The notes under the pieces: generated by a model | Databases searched by the model: none | The model's input: the letters and a program-made list of their open reading frames with translations, nothing else | Told to the model about the DNA's origin: nothing | NCBI GenBank assembly: GCA_050253075.1 | Contig: JBFWJS010000002.1 | Span: 591,571-655,570, forward strand | From: Deferribacterales bacterium | GTDB taxonomy: Bacteria > Chrysiogenota > Deferribacteres > Deferribacterales > Geovibrionaceae | Length of the DNA: 64,000 bases | Reading direction: 5' to 3' | Made by a program: the position numbers and the translations under genes | In this document: positions 1 to 11,052 of the stretch, one piece after another | How the letters are laid out: each line of letters opens with the position of its first letter | How positions within the stretch are numbered: position 1 is the stretch's first letter

Positions 1-1
1 A

Positions 2-199
2 GACATACTTACTAAGATACTTATGGAGCTGTTCGACGAACAGCGCACCATACTTATGGTCACACACAACATAAAGCAGGGCTACGATGCGTCTTCCAGA
101 CTTGCGATAATCCGCAGGGGTCAGATAGTCTTCGACAGGAAGAAATCAGATATTGCCATAGACGAATTTGAGCATGCATATACAGAGGCGGTGAGCTGA
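2..199 (+). CDS. ccmA: Heme exporter ATP-binding subunit CcmA, C-terminal part (truncated by window edge)
   Basis: Manual translation from position 2: DILTKILMELFDEQRTILMVTHNIKQG...; ABC H-loop (MVTH); its TGA (197-199) overlaps the ccmB ATG. Confidence 0.8.
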   Translation, partial: DILTKILMELFDEQRTILMVTHNIKQGYDASSRLAIIRRGQIVFDRKKSDIAIDEFEHAYTEAVS

Positions 200-876
200 T
201 GAACTATTTAGGATCAATTCTCGCCATTGTGCGCAAGGACATCTTACATGAGCTTAAATCAAGAGAGATAGTGGTCTCTATGCTGCTTTTCTCTGTGCTT
301 ACTGTTGTGGTATTCAGTTTTATATTCGAACCAGGCTCAGAATTCAAGAATCGTGTCGTGGGCGGCATACTCTGGATGTCTGTTATTTTTGCAGGTCTGC
401 TCGGACTTAATAAATCCATGATGAGCGAGATCAGCGGAGGAAACTTTTCCGCACTTCTCCTTGCTCCGGTGGACAGGTCTGCTATATTTTTCGGTAAAGC
501 TATAAGCAACTTCCTATTTATGGCAGTTGTGGAGGCTATCACCATACCTCTTTTCATGATTTTATATAACATCCAGATATTCAACTCCGGCCCCATGCCG
601 CTGGCAGTTTTCTTTATGGGGACTTATGGGTTTGCCATATTAGGAACACTTTTTTCTATCATTTCCGTGAGCACACGGACACGTGAAGTTATGCTTCCGC
701 TGCTCCTGCTCCCTGTTATGGTTCCTGTTATACTTGCATCCGTGCAGGCTCTGAATATCTATATCTTAGGGCTCGACATAGCTGAGTCTTATAAATGGTT
801 GAAGCTTCTCGCCGTATTCGATATTATATTTACAGTAGTTGTTTTCGCAGTATTTGATTTCATAGTAGAGGATTAA
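199..876 (+). CDS. ccmB: Heme exporter membrane subunit CcmB
   Basis: Hydrophobic 225 aa with KD..ELKS, G+LW and LLPLLLLPV.VPV patterns; directly upstream of ccmC. Confidence 0.9.
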   Translation: MNYLGSILAIVRKDILHELKSREIVVSMLLFSVLTVVVFSFIFEPGSEFKNRVVGGILWMSVIFAGLLGLNKSMMSEISGGNFSALLLAPVDRSAIFFGKAISNFLFMAVVEAITIPLFMILYNIQIFNSGPMPLAVFFMGTYGFAILGTLFSIISVSTRTREVMLPLLLLPVMVPVILASVQALNIYILGLDIAESYKWLKLLAVFDIIFTVVVFAVFDFIVED

Positions 877-877
877 T

Positions 878-1534
<657 letters not shown>

Positions 1535-1538
1535 TACT

Positions 1539-1670
1539 ATGCAGAATTTTTCATACCTGTTTGCAGGATACACAGCTATTTTCGTACTTTTAGGAATTTA
1601 CTTTATGATTCTCGGCTCTAAGGTCTCTGACCTGGAGAAGCGTGTCGAAGCTCTCGACAGCGAAGATTAA
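1539..1670 (+). CDS. ccmD: CcmD-family small membrane protein (43 aa, absent from the ORF track)
   Basis: Manual translation MQNFSYLFAGYTAIFVLLGIYFMILGSKVSDLEKRVEALDSED; GGAGG RBS upstream; TM helix plus charged tail after ccmC. Confidence 0.8.
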   Translation: MQNFSYLFAGYTAIFVLLGIYFMILGSKVSDLEKRVEALDSED

Positions 1671-2800
1671 CGACGTAAAGCCATCCTGCCCAGCAGCAGA
1701 GTGGATAACATTATTACAGCTAGGAGCACCAGAAAGGTGTTCCAGCTGTAGTTTTCATATATCATACCCGGAACGACTGATCCCAGTGTCCCGCCTGAAT
1801 AATAAAAAGAAACATACAGTCCGTTTGTAACGCCCTTCCTGCTGTCTGCCATCTTATTTACATAGCCAGATGCTATTGTATGGCTCATAAACATTCCTGC
1901 GCAGAATATAAACATCCCAACGAACATAACGTATATATTTGAGGATACAAACAGCCCCAGTGATAGCAGATACACACTAAGCCCAACGAATATCGCATTC
2001 ACTTCACCTCTGAATATCTTTATCAGCTTCAGAGAATTAAGGGATGTGACAATACCCATTATATATCCTGTGTACATAACACCGATAAGCATCGCATTTG
2101 ATGAAGGGTTTATCTCTCTCAGTCTGAAAGGGATAAAGTTCAGCACAGCGGCAAACATAAAGAACATGCTGAAGATCATTATATAGGTGATGAGAAAACG
2201 CTTTTGCGCAAGAACCTCAAGGGCTGCACGCATATTCAGCTTAGTCATTTCAGCTTTATTATTATCCAGCTTACCTATCATAAGCACAGAGGCAAGGAGG
2301 CTGAATCCGAGTATAGTAAACATCACACGCCAGTTGGTATAATAAGAGATAAGACCGGAAAAGAATCTGCCAGAGAATCCGCCTATTATTGTTGATGATA
2401 TATAAATTGCCATTATCTTCTGTACGTTTTCTTTAGTCGTCATTGTAGCAATGTATGTCATAAGTCCGGTAAGTATAGCAGGTATCGCAAGCCCTTCGAC
2501 CACTCTCAGTGCCAGCAGTAAGCTAAATGAATTCGACACTGAAAAAACGAACTGACTGACGGCAAGTATGATGATAGATATCAGCAGCATCTTCTTGGCC
2601 GAGACAGACTCCAGTATATATCCGTAAAATATCGGAGATATACTAAGAGGAAACATCGTCAGTGTCGTAAGCAGGGCAGACTGAGACTGTGATACTTTGA
2701 AATACTCCATGATGATCGGCTGGATCGGCTGTGGAGCATATAGAGCCGAAAATGTAAGTATGGTGGTAAAAATAATTATACCGAGCTTTAACCTATCCAT
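1667..2800 (-). CDS. MFS transporter (YnfM-like)
   Basis: About 12 hydrophobic segments; LYAPQP N-terminal motif; YYSGGTLG. Confidence 0.85.
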   Translation of the reverse strand: MDRLKLGIIIFTTILTFSALYAPQPIQPIIMEYFKVSQSQSALLTTLTMFPLSISPIFYGYILESVSAKKMLLISIIILAVSQFVFSVSNSFSLLLALRVVEGLAIPAILTGLMTYIATMTTKENVQKIMAIYISSTIIGGFSGRFFSGLISYYTNWRVMFTILGFSLLASVLMIGKLDNNKAEMTKLNMRAALEVLAQKRFLITYIMIFSMFFMFAAVLNFIPFRLREINPSSNAMLIGVMYTGYIMGIVTSLNSLKLIKIFRGEVNAIFVGLSVYLLSLGLFVSSNIYVMFVGMFIFCAGMFMSHTIASGYVNKMADSRKGVTNGLYVSFYYSGGTLGSVVPGMIYENYSWNTFLVLLAVIMLSTLLLGRMALRR

Positions 2801-2855
2801 TGAGACAGATTAATCCAAATATAAGAGTTAGGAAAGAATTAATATGTGTAGAAAC

Positions 2856-2885
2856 AAAAAAGGCTCACCCGAAGGTGAGCCTTTT
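2856..2885 (-). terminator. Intrinsic terminator after the porin gene
   Basis: AAAAAAGGCTCACC-CGAA-GGTGAGCCTTTT perfect stem with A/T tails. Confidence 0.85.
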
Positions 2886-2916
2886 GATTATCATTGAACT
2901 TTAACTTAGTTCTAAA

Positions 2917-4203
2917 TTAGAAGCTAAGGTTAAGTGTGTTGATAAGACCGATAGCTGGGTCAACATCATAAGATGTGTCTGTATCAATTTCAGCATAGCC
3001 GAGTTTTACAGTGTAAGACATAGCATCTGTTATAGCGTAAGTAGCCATGATGTCGATTTCGAAAGCTGTAGCATCTTCGAATTCTGTATCTTCAAGTGTA
3101 GACACAGCGTAGAAAGCTCCACCTGTGATGTTAAATTTTGCGTTAACATCGTAAGAAGCGTAGAGACCGTTAGCCCATATACCAGCAAGACCGGAGTAAC
3201 CGTCTATACCAAGTGTATTAGCAAGGTAGCCTTCATCACCAAGTACGAAGAGAAGGTCATCATCGAAGTCATCGCCCATGTCGTAAGCTTTGCCAGCATC
3301 TTCATCGAATGAAGAGTAAGCTGTGATGAAGCCAAGTTTAGCGCCAGCTACTTTTGTGTATATATTACCATAGATACCGTATGCGCTGTAATCATCAGCA
3401 CCACTTACGTCTGTAGTAACATCATCGTAGTCGAATTCTAATTCGAATCCAACAGCACCGAGGTCACCGCCAACAGCGAGGTCGAAAGATACAACTGTAT
3501 CGCCATCGTTATCGCCAGACTCTGCAGATGTAGCAGGAGCCATAACAACAAGACCTGTTGCAGGATCAAGTGAGTAAGAAGCAGCAGATGCTTCGTGGCC
3601 TTTTACTTTCTGAGAGTTGTTAGCGTATGTGAAAAGAGGAGCTACAGTGATACCGCTGAACTTGCCTGTGTAGCCAAGAGCGTAAAGGTCACCATCATCT
3701 TTCTCTTTATCTTCGTAGTCGCCGATGTTGTTGCTTTCAGAAGATTTCTGAACGAAAGCGATTACTTTACCAACTGTCACTGGGATTGTAGCTTTAATTC
3801 TGTATTTACCTTCTACGTTGTTACCAAAGTTGTATGACCAGCCGCCGCCGTTCATAAGACCAACTTCGAGAAGAACAGAACCGAAGTTATGTCCCATCCA
3901 AGCTCTCTGTACAGAGAACTGTGTTTGGTCAGCGTAGTCACCGTCGCTAGCTGGGCTTCCTTCCCATGTTCCATCAAGGAACTCGAATTTAGCTTTGAAG
4001 AATGTGTCTTTGTCAACCTGAGCGTTCAGCCAAAGGTCGAAGTCGTGCTCGTAGAATCTCTGAGTGTAATCAGAATCCTCAGATCCCTCTACGTTGTCAA
4101 GGTATTTACCGGATACTTCATAAGCACCGGAGAATGTGATGTCAGCAGCAAATGCTGTAGCAGCAAAAGCTACCATCATGAGAGCAACAAGAAGTTTTCT
4201 CAT
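2917..4203 (-). CDS. Outer-membrane porin / beta-barrel protein
   Basis: Signal peptide (AFA-A), alternating beta-strand pattern, C-terminal Phe (LNLSF), codon usage typical of highly expressed genes, long AT-rich upstream region. Confidence 0.75.
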   Translation of the reverse strand: MRKLLVALMMVAFAATAFAADITFSGAYEVSGKYLDNVEGSEDSDYTQRFYEHDFDLWLNAQVDKDTFFKAKFEFLDGTWEGSPASDGDYADQTQFSVQRAWMGHNFGSVLLEVGLMNGGGWSYNFGNNVEGKYRIKATIPVTVGKVIAFVQKSSESNNIGDYEDKEKDDGDLYALGYTGKFSGITVAPLFTYANNSQKVKGHEASAASYSLDPATGLVVMAPATSAESGDNDGDTVVSFDLAVGGDLGAVGFELEFDYDDVTTDVSGADDYSAYGIYGNIYTKVAGAKLGFITAYSSFDEDAGKAYDMGDDFDDDLLFVLGDEGYLANTLGIDGYSGLAGIWANGLYASYDVNAKFNITGGAFYAVSTLEDTEFEDATAFEIDIMATYAITDAMSYTVKLGYAEIDTDTSYDVDPAIGLINTLNLSF

Positions 4204-4588
4204 TTCTTTTCCTCCTGTAGGTTTTTACATTTTAAAGGCGTTAACCTTTTTTTCTCTTTCTATCTGTATACAGTCTACTGCATACATATAATCGTTGTGA
4301 TGCTACCACAGCAAAAATGCCCTGTCAACATCAAACACGATTTTTTTTATCCTGCATGACATACACTTATATGAAACCTGCCGTACACAGGTGTATACTT
4401 TTTTAAACAGCTAAGCATATAATATGTATCTCTTTTAAAACAGTATGTGGTTTTCAAACAACTTTCAGCCTCTTAGTGTATCGTCCTTTATTACGAACAC
4501 TTTAGATAAACGATAATCTTTTTTTTATCTATACCCTGTTCGAGGCAGGCTAATTAATTAGTTATTAAAGAGCATATTACGTGCCAAA

Positions 4589-6208
4589 TTATTTTGTTTC
4601 AATATATATAAACTGTGACCTGTCTCCGGACATCATGCTCTCGCTGAAATTTCTCAACAGGAACAGATATGTTCTGCCGAATTCCTCATACATATAGTAA
4701 TCAGAGATGACAGGCTCCATAATATCAGAGTACCAGAGGTTACTGATCCTTCTGCCGTCCCATCTATATATTGCGAAACGAGAACCTTCATACCCGTGAG
4801 CCTGAAGGAGCATTTTATATTTCTTTTCATTCTGAACGAGGTAGATGTTGCCGTCGGAGTTAACAAACACCCTCCCCTTTATGTATTTCTTGTGGTTTTC
4901 AAATGTGAAAGGATCATCCTCGCCTTTACCTGACTTGCGCTCCACCTCATCATCGACCACTTCATTTTTGAGGATAAAGAAATAAGGTGTCTGACCAAAT
5001 TCTTCCAGAGAAGTATATTTGAGACTTGAGCCATTATAAACATTCAGCCTGTAATCTTCACCGATGTGGAAGACTTCGTTCGTACCGTCGTTGTCCAGAT
5101 CGCTGTATCCGAATCCGTATATGTTAACATCTCTGCTGGATGAAACAGCAGGTCCTCGCTCGTATACACCATTAGAAACAACCAGCTTGTGAACCATACC
5201 TATATAGTTACCTGTGGTTGATATCTTCTGAGCTAAGACGCTCTTAACACCCTTTACGTGTGTGGTGCGGAAGATGTAAGGCATATTTGTCTCGAGTTCG
5301 GCAAATCTGCTGCCGTTATATTCATATATAGCTGAGCTGATGTTTGTGTTGTACTTAAGCTCAGTGACGAATATCTCGTCTACGCCGTCTTCATCCATAT
5401 CAGCAAGCTCTACGTTCTGAATATTGTCGAATTTAACGCCGAGGTCTCCGGCAGGCTGGAACTCCTTACCTGTGAATACATAAAAGTCCACGCCTTCTTT
5501 ATCTGCCGCTGCTATATATATATTACCGTCCTGCTTTACATGGCCTACGGCAATGGATTTATATGTCTTGTCTATCGCTTTGCTGCGGAGTATGTCTTTC
5601 GTTGCCAGAGCTGTCCCGCCGGTGAGGTTTATATCCTGATCTGAAAAGTATCTGGAATAGACCAGAGCCCCTGACTTACTGTCGGAGACGGTATATCCTA
5701 TGCCGCCCTCTTCCTGCTGTGTGAATGTCAGCGTGAGCGGAGCAGAGTCTTTTATCATAATATTTCTGGCATTGCTGAGCTCTTCCTTAAGGAGCAGCTC
5801 AAGACGCACGGGGAGCTTCTCTATCTTAACAGCCACTTCTATAGGCGGATTCATAGTGAGGATATCGCCCGGCTTAACCGCACGCACCTGCTTTGTGATC
5901 TTCGCATTGGAATATCCGTCGAAGACCTCGCTGATCTGTATGTCGCCTATGTAAATCTTTTTATTTCCGAGAACCTGCTTTGTGATGGGGTGTATGATAG
6001 GTTCGCTCTGGCGGTATATCTTCATATCCAGACCGTCATAGACACCTTTATCCCTGCCGAGGTCAGTGATCATATCACTATCTTCGACACTGACGACATA
6101 GCCTGTAAATCTCTCAAACATCTGGTCGATGTCGTCTGTCAGCTTCTCAAATCTTGCGAATGCAAGTGACGGAATCAGTATCAGTAGTAATAAAAAGATT
6201 CTTTTCAT
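4589..6208 (-). CDS. Secreted protein with FlgT-C-like N-terminal domain and FG-GAP/VCBS-like repeats
   Basis: Signal peptide; DLG...G...IIHPITKQVLG segment; ADMDEDGVDEI and SDLDNDGTNEV repeats. Confidence 0.6.
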   Translation of the reverse strand: MKRIFLLLLILIPSLAFARFEKLTDDIDQMFERFTGYVVSVEDSDMITDLGRDKGVYDGLDMKIYRQSEPIIHPITKQVLGNKKIYIGDIQISEVFDGYSNAKITKQVRAVKPGDILTMNPPIEVAVKIEKLPVRLELLLKEELSNARNIMIKDSAPLTLTFTQQEEGGIGYTVSDSKSGALVYSRYFSDQDINLTGGTALATKDILRSKAIDKTYKSIAVGHVKQDGNIYIAAADKEGVDFYVFTGKEFQPAGDLGVKFDNIQNVELADMDEDGVDEIFVTELKYNTNISSAIYEYNGSRFAELETNMPYIFRTTHVKGVKSVLAQKISTTGNYIGMVHKLVVSNGVYERGPAVSSSRDVNIYGFGYSDLDNDGTNEVFHIGEDYRLNVYNGSSLKYTSLEEFGQTPYFFILKNEVVDDEVERKSGKGEDDPFTFENHKKYIKGRVFVNSDGNIYLVQNEKKYKMLLQAHGYEGSRFAIYRWDGRRISNLWYSDIMEPVISDYYMYEEFGRTYLFLLRNFSESMMSGDRSQFIYIETK

Positions 6209-6240
6209 TTATATCTCCAAAATATGTTTACTAAACAAAG

Positions 6241-6354
6241 GTCATTGCGAGCCTCAAGGAGGCGTGGCAATCTTCCAAGTTATAGGATTCCTAGCCAAAT
6301 ATTAATATTCAAAACGGTATCAGATTGCTTCGTCACTGCGCTCCTCGCAATGAC
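6241..6354. repeat. Palindromic REP/MITE-like element, GTCATTGCGAG type
   Basis: GTCATTGCGAG...GGCAATCT / AGATTGC...CTCGCAATGAC inverted arms. Confidence 0.85.
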
Positions 6355-6359
6355 TTAAA

Positions 6360-7679
6360 TTAGAGGACGTATCTGCTGAGATCCCTGTCCTCTACAATAT
6401 CCTTCAGATGGTCGTTCACATACTGCTCGTCCACCGTTACTTTATTGGTCTCAACATCGGGCGCTTCATATGATATCTCTTCAAGGAGCTTTTCCACGAT
6501 GGTGTGCAGTCGCCTTGCGCCGATGTTTTCCAGCGAACGGTTAAGTTCGTCTGCCATCTCAGCTATGCGCTGTATCCCTTCGTCGGTGAATGATACTTCA
6601 ACACCGTCCGCACCCAACAGTGCAGTATACTGCCTTGTGAGTGAATTTTCCGGTTCTTTAAGTATACGGACGAATTCTTCGGCAGTGAGGCTGTCCAGCT
6701 CTACCCTGATAGGGAAACGTCCCTGAAGCTCAGGGATGAGGTCAGTAGGCTTCGCCATATGGAAGGCACCTGCCGCTATGAACAGTATATGATCCGTACG
6801 GATCATGCCGTATTTTGTATTAACGGTTGAGCCCTCGACGATAGGCAGAAGGTCACGCTGAACCCCCTCTCGGGAGATGTCGCCCCCCTTTGTACCCGTG
6901 GAATGGCTCACACATATCTTATCTATCTCATCCAGAAAGATGATGCCGCTCTGCTCCACCCTTTCTGCTGCGATGTCTTTCACATCGTCCATATCTATGA
7001 GGCGGTTTGTCTCCTGCTGTTCCAGGATGGTAAGTGCCTCGGCGACTTTCATTTTACGTTTGCGTTTCTTAGCTGGGAAGATGTTCTTCATCATGTCGCC
7101 CAGCCCGGCGCCCATATCTTCCATCCCCATGTTTGTAAACACTTCGACCTGCGGCGCAGCGTCCTCAACCTCAACCTCGACCATGCGCTCATTGAGCTCG
7201 CCGTTGATGAGTTTTGTCCTCAGCTTGTCCCTTGTGCCTGTCTCCTGCTCTGCAAAGCCTGTGGTCGAAGGGAGCAGAAGGTCGAGCACACGCTCGATGG
7301 TGTTCTCTTTCGCCTTGTCTATGACGCTTGATTTCTTCTCTTCCTTGACCATGCCTACGGCTATCTCTACGAGGTCGCGAACCATGCTTTCGACATCACG
7401 TCCCACATAGCCCACTTCCGTGTATTTGCTGGCCTCGACTTTTATAAATGGTGATTTTGCGAGTTTTGCGAGGCGTCTTGCCACCTCGGTCTTACCCACG
7501 CCGGTGGGCCCGATAAGGATGATATTTTTAGGCGCTATTTCGTCCTGCAGATATTTAGGCAGCTGCAGTCTTCTGTATCTGTTTCTCATGGCGACAGCGA
7601 CGGCCTTCTTGGCATTGTGCTGCCCTACCACGTATTTATCTAATTCTTCTACGATTTTCTTGGGGGTATAGGATTCCAT
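6360..7679 (-). CDS. hslU: HslUV protease ATPase subunit
   Basis: [43 protein letters not shown]. Confidence 0.98.
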   Translation of the reverse strand: MESYTPKKIVEELDKYVVGQHNAKKAVAVAMRNRYRRLQLPKYLQDEIAPKNIILIGPTGVGKTEVARRLAKLAKSPFIKVEASKYTEVGYVGRDVESMVRDLVEIAVGMVKEEKKSSVIDKAKENTIERVLDLLLPSTTGFAEQETGTRDKLRTKLINGELNERMVEVEVEDAAPQVEVFTNMGMEDMGAGLGDMMKNIFPAKKRKRKMKVAEALTILEQQETNRLIDMDDVKDIAAERVEQSGIIFLDEIDKICVSHSTGTKGGDISREGVQRDLLPIVEGSTVNTKYGMIRTDHILFIAAGAFHMAKPTDLIPELQGRFPIRVELDSLTAEEFVRILKEPENSLTRQYTALLGADGVEVSFTDEGIQRIAEMADELNRSLENIGARRLHTIVEKLLEEISYEAPDVETNKVTVDEQYVNDHLKDIVEDRDLSRYVL

Positions 7680-7686
7680 CTGAGAT

Positions 7687-8232
7687 TTACATCTCCTCTA
7701 CTATTATGTTGTCGTTAGTATATATGCAGATATCCGCCGCAATAAGCAGCGCTTTTCTGACAATTTCAGCGGGTGAAAGTTCGGTATTTTGAATAAGTGC
7801 AATGGCAGAAGCCTGAGCAAAAGGTCCGCCTGAACCTATCGCCGCTACACCGTTCTGAGGCTCGACTACGTCACCGTTCCCGGTGAGGATATAAAGCTCT
7901 TTTTCATCGGCCACGATCATCATAGCCTCGAGAGCTCTGAGGTATTTATCCGTACGCCAATCCTTAGCCAGCTCAACAGCCGCACGCAGAAGCTGCCCGC
8001 CGTGCTGTTCCAGCTTTGCCTCGAAACGTTCCATCAGCGTAAATGCATCCGCAGTGGAACCTGCGAATCCGCAAATTACCTTATTATTATATACTTTACG
8101 CACCTTCTTTGCGTTATGCTTAAGCACCGTATTACCGAAGGTGACCTGTCCGTCAGCACCGATTGCTGTTTTTCCGTCTTTTTTAACTGCGACTACAGTA
8201 GTTCCTTTCATCATATCCGGCATTTTTACCAC
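7687..8232 (-). CDS. hslV: HslUV protease peptidase subunit
   Basis: GTTVVAV...[21 protein letters not shown]; exact start uncertain. Confidence 0.98.
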   Translation of the reverse strand: MVKMPDMMKGTTVVAVKKDGKTAIGADGQVTFGNTVLKHNAKKVRKVYNNKVICGFAGSTADAFTLMERFEAKLEQHGGQLLRAAVELAKDWRTDKYLRALEAMMIVADEKELYILTGNGDVVEPQNGVAAIGSGGPFAQASAIALIQNTELSPAEIVRKALLIAADICIYTNDNIIVEEM

Positions 8233-8368
8233 TCAAACAGACATAGGTGCAAGACAAAAATGTGTGAACCGTCAATATATCCATATATACCATTTCTATT
8301 TGCATCGTTTTGAAATATAGGATATTCTGAAAAGCTGTACTTAAAAAGCTCGGGCGGTTTTGGGGTAG

Positions 8369-8992
8369 ATGAAAAGTCTTTTTATAAGATTAGTTCTTAG
8401 GTTATACATTTCGACATTCCGCTACAACCTCGTAGTGGATGAAGAAGTGAACAGGCTTGCCTCCGAAGGCAAAAGGCTTGTCTTCTTCATATGGCATAAT
8501 CAGCTTGCCCTCACACTCGCCAAAAGCGGTGCTTTCAAATTTGTCACTATGGTTTCACGCAGCAAAGACGGCGATCTGGTCGCACCTCTCATAGAGAGCT
8601 TCGGTCACAAGGTCGTCAGGGCATCATCGTCAAAAGGCGCCAGCGCAGGCGTTATGGAGATGCTGGGGCATATGGGCGGCGGATTCCACGGAGCAATGGC
8701 AGCAGACGGACCGAAAGGCCCCGTCTATGAAGCAAAGCCGGGGGCTCTGTATCTGGCGAAAAAGGCAGACAGCATCCTTGTCCCCGTACTGGGAAACTGT
8801 AAAAGCTTCTTCCGCTTCAACAGCTGGGACAAGTTCATAATGCCGAAGCCGTTTGCAAAGATAGACCTGCACGTTTTCGCCCCGATAATGCTCAGTGACT
8901 CGATGGAAAAAGACGACGTAGAGAAAGAACTTAAAGACGTACAAAATAAGATCATGGAAATGACACGTGTTTATTCTAAAGACATTATATAA
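8369..8992 (+). CDS. DUF374 lysophospholipid acyltransferase-family protein
   Basis: WHNQL, SRSKDG, DGPKGP, SWDKF..PKPF motifs. Confidence 0.85.
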   Translation: MKSLFIRLVLRLYISTFRYNLVVDEEVNRLASEGKRLVFFIWHNQLALTLAKSGAFKFVTMVSRSKDGDLVAPLIESFGHKVVRASSSKGASAGVMEMLGHMGGGFHGAMAADGPKGPVYEAKPGALYLAKKADSILVPVLGNCKSFFRFNSWDKFIMPKPFAKIDLHVFAPIMLSDSMEKDDVEKELKDVQNKIMEMTRVYSKDII

Positions 8993-10190
8993 CCTCGCAA
9001 TAGCCGCCATTGTGCCTGTTGCCGTGCCTGTGGGATACATAGTAGCTCTCAAGCGCAAAGAGGACGAAGACTACTTTCAGCGTTTCGGCATGATAAACCT
9101 GCCTGAACCGACGGAAAAGAGCATCTGGTTCCACTGTGCCAGCGTGGGAGAGGTGCGCAGTCTTAAATCTGCACTGGAATACATCCGTGCGGAATTCCCC
9201 GACATAGACGTAATAATCAGCACAACCACAGCCACAGGTAAAAAGATGGCGAACGCAGAGCTTGAGCCCTATTTCGCTTTCCTTCTTCCTTTGGAAAACT
9301 CTATGGCGATAGAACACATCATAGAATACATGAGCGTCAAAGCCGTTTTCATCGTGGATACGGAGCTATGGCCGAATATGATCCGCATAGCATCAAAACG
9401 CTCAAAGCTGTATCTGCTGAACGGCAGGATATCCGATAAAACATTCGAAAACTATAAGCGTTTCAGCTTCCTGTTCAAAAGACTCCTCGGTAAATTCGAG
9501 ATAATATTCACTAAAAGCGACGAAGACACAGAGAAATTCGCCTCAATCAAGGGTGACAAAAACAATATCGTCACAATGGGTAATATAAAGTTTCAGTCCC
9601 GAGCGGAAAAGATCGACAGCGGCATCTTCAACTTTATAAGAAACCACCGCATCTTCGCCGCTGCCAGCACCCACGCACAGGAAGAAGAAACTATAATAAA
9701 AGCATTCATAAAGCAGAACAGATGCGACCGCATGGTTCTCGCCCCCAGACACATAAACCGTGCTCAGGAAGCAGTGAAGATGTGCAGAGAGCTCGGGCTC
9801 ACAGCCAGCCTGCTGGCAGAGCGTGACGGCGCAACGGATGTCGTCGTCATAGACAGGTTCGGCACACTGGAGGAGCTTTTCATCTTTTCCGAAAAGGTCT
9901 TCGTGGGCGGTTCATTAAATGACACTGGCGGGCACAACATCTTCGAGGCTCTCCAGTTTGAAAAGATCACCTGCACCGGACCAAACATGAAGAACTTTCA
10001 GGAGATATCCGAACTCGCAGATAAATTCGGCGTAAGAGCCGTAGCAGAAAACGAAGACGAGCTGGCGGAATTCCTCGATAAAGACTGTAAAAAAGCAGAC
10101 TTCGACGGATTCTTCGAAGCTCTCGACTCCGACAGAGCAAACAAGCTGGAATACATCAAAGAGGTACTCTCGGGTGTATCTGATAATTAG
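8967..10190 (+). CDS. waaA: Kdo transferase
   Basis: WFHCASVGE, DTELWPN, ASTH, PRH, GGHN. Confidence 0.95.
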   Translation: MFILKTLYNLAIAAIVPVAVPVGYIVALKRKEDEDYFQRFGMINLPEPTEKSIWFHCASVGEVRSLKSALEYIRAEFPDIDVIISTTTATGKKMANAELEPYFAFLLPLENSMAIEHIIEYMSVKAVFIVDTELWPNMIRIASKRSKLYLLNGRISDKTFENYKRFSFLFKRLLGKFEIIFTKSDEDTEKFASIKGDKNNIVTMGNIKFQSRAEKIDSGIFNFIRNHRIFAAASTHAQEEETIIKAFIKQNRCDRMVLAPRHINRAQEAVKMCRELGLTASLLAERDGATDVVVIDRFGTLEELFIFSEKVFVGGSLNDTGGHNIFEALQFEKITCTGPNMKNFQEISELADKFGVRAVAENEDELAEFLDKDCKKADFDGFFEALDSDRANKLEYIKEVLSGVSDN

Positions 10191-11052
10191 AGCGGCATAC
10201 GCCGTTTTCAGCCGACTCCCACTGCGAACTCTCCACACCATAGGAAACATCACAGGCGGCATCATGTATCATCTGCTGAAAGGCAGGCGTGCCGTAGCCG
10301 AAAAAAACTGTGAGATAATAGGCATCCCATCAGCCAACATAGAGAAGACCGTCAAAAGCTCATTCAGACAAACATTCTGCTCATACCTTGAATCATTTTA
10401 CGTAAAAAACATCGACCGGAAATTCTTAGATGAAAATGTAGACGTGGTATACATGGGCGAACGCCCCGATACAAATGCATGCTTTATGGTCTCTGCCCAT
10501 TTCGGCGCATGGGAGCTTTCCCCATACATAATGACAAAGAAACTAGGGCTGAAAGGTGCGGCAGTAGCCAGAAAGATAAAAGACCCAAAAGTAGACAAAT
10601 TCATACTCAGCCAGAGGGTAAACTCTGACGTGGCATATATACACCACAGGAACGCTACGGACACCATAAGGGAATATATGGACAGGGGCGAGGCTGTCGG
10701 CGTACTCCTCGACCACAGCTCTATGCCGAAGGACAGCATGACCGTCCCATTCTTCGGGCTGGAGACCACCTTTATAAAGGGCATCCCGCTGCTCTCCGTA
10801 CGCAGGGACTACCCTATCCTCCCCGCATTTATCCTGAGAGAGAACGGTAAGTATAAGCTGATAACTTATCCACTGATATACCCTGATAAATCCTTAAAAC
10901 CTAAAGAGAGAGCGTACGATATCGCCCTTAAAATAAATCGTTTATACGAAGAGATGATAAGACAATACCCTGATCAGTGGTACTTGATACACAAGAGATT
11001 TAAACGTGTCGCAGACGAAAACGGAAAGCTCAGGAAAGGAATCTATTCATAA
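10174..11052 (+). CDS. Lipid A late acyltransferase (LpxL/HtrB family)
   Basis: AHFGAWE, VPFFG, YPDQW..HKRFK. Confidence 0.9.
   Translation: MYLIIRAAYAVFSRLPLRTLHTIGNITGGIMYHLLKGRRAVAEKNCEIIGIPSANIEKTVKSSFRQTFCSYLESFYVKNIDRKFLDENVDVVYMGERPDTNACFMVSAHFGAWELSPYIMTKKLGLKGAAVARKIKDPKVDKFILSQRVNSDVAYIHHRNATDTIREYMDRGEAVGVLLDHSSMPKDSMTVPFFGLETTFIKGIPLLSVRRDYPILPAFILRENGKYKLITYPLIYPDKSLKPKERAYDIALKINRLYEEMIRQYPDQWYLIHKRFKRVADENGKLRKGIYS

Noticed and set aside
4204..4588. Riboswitch or ncRNA in the long porin upstream region
   Set aside because: AT-rich with only short TACAC/GTGTA-type palindromes; no recognisable RNA motif
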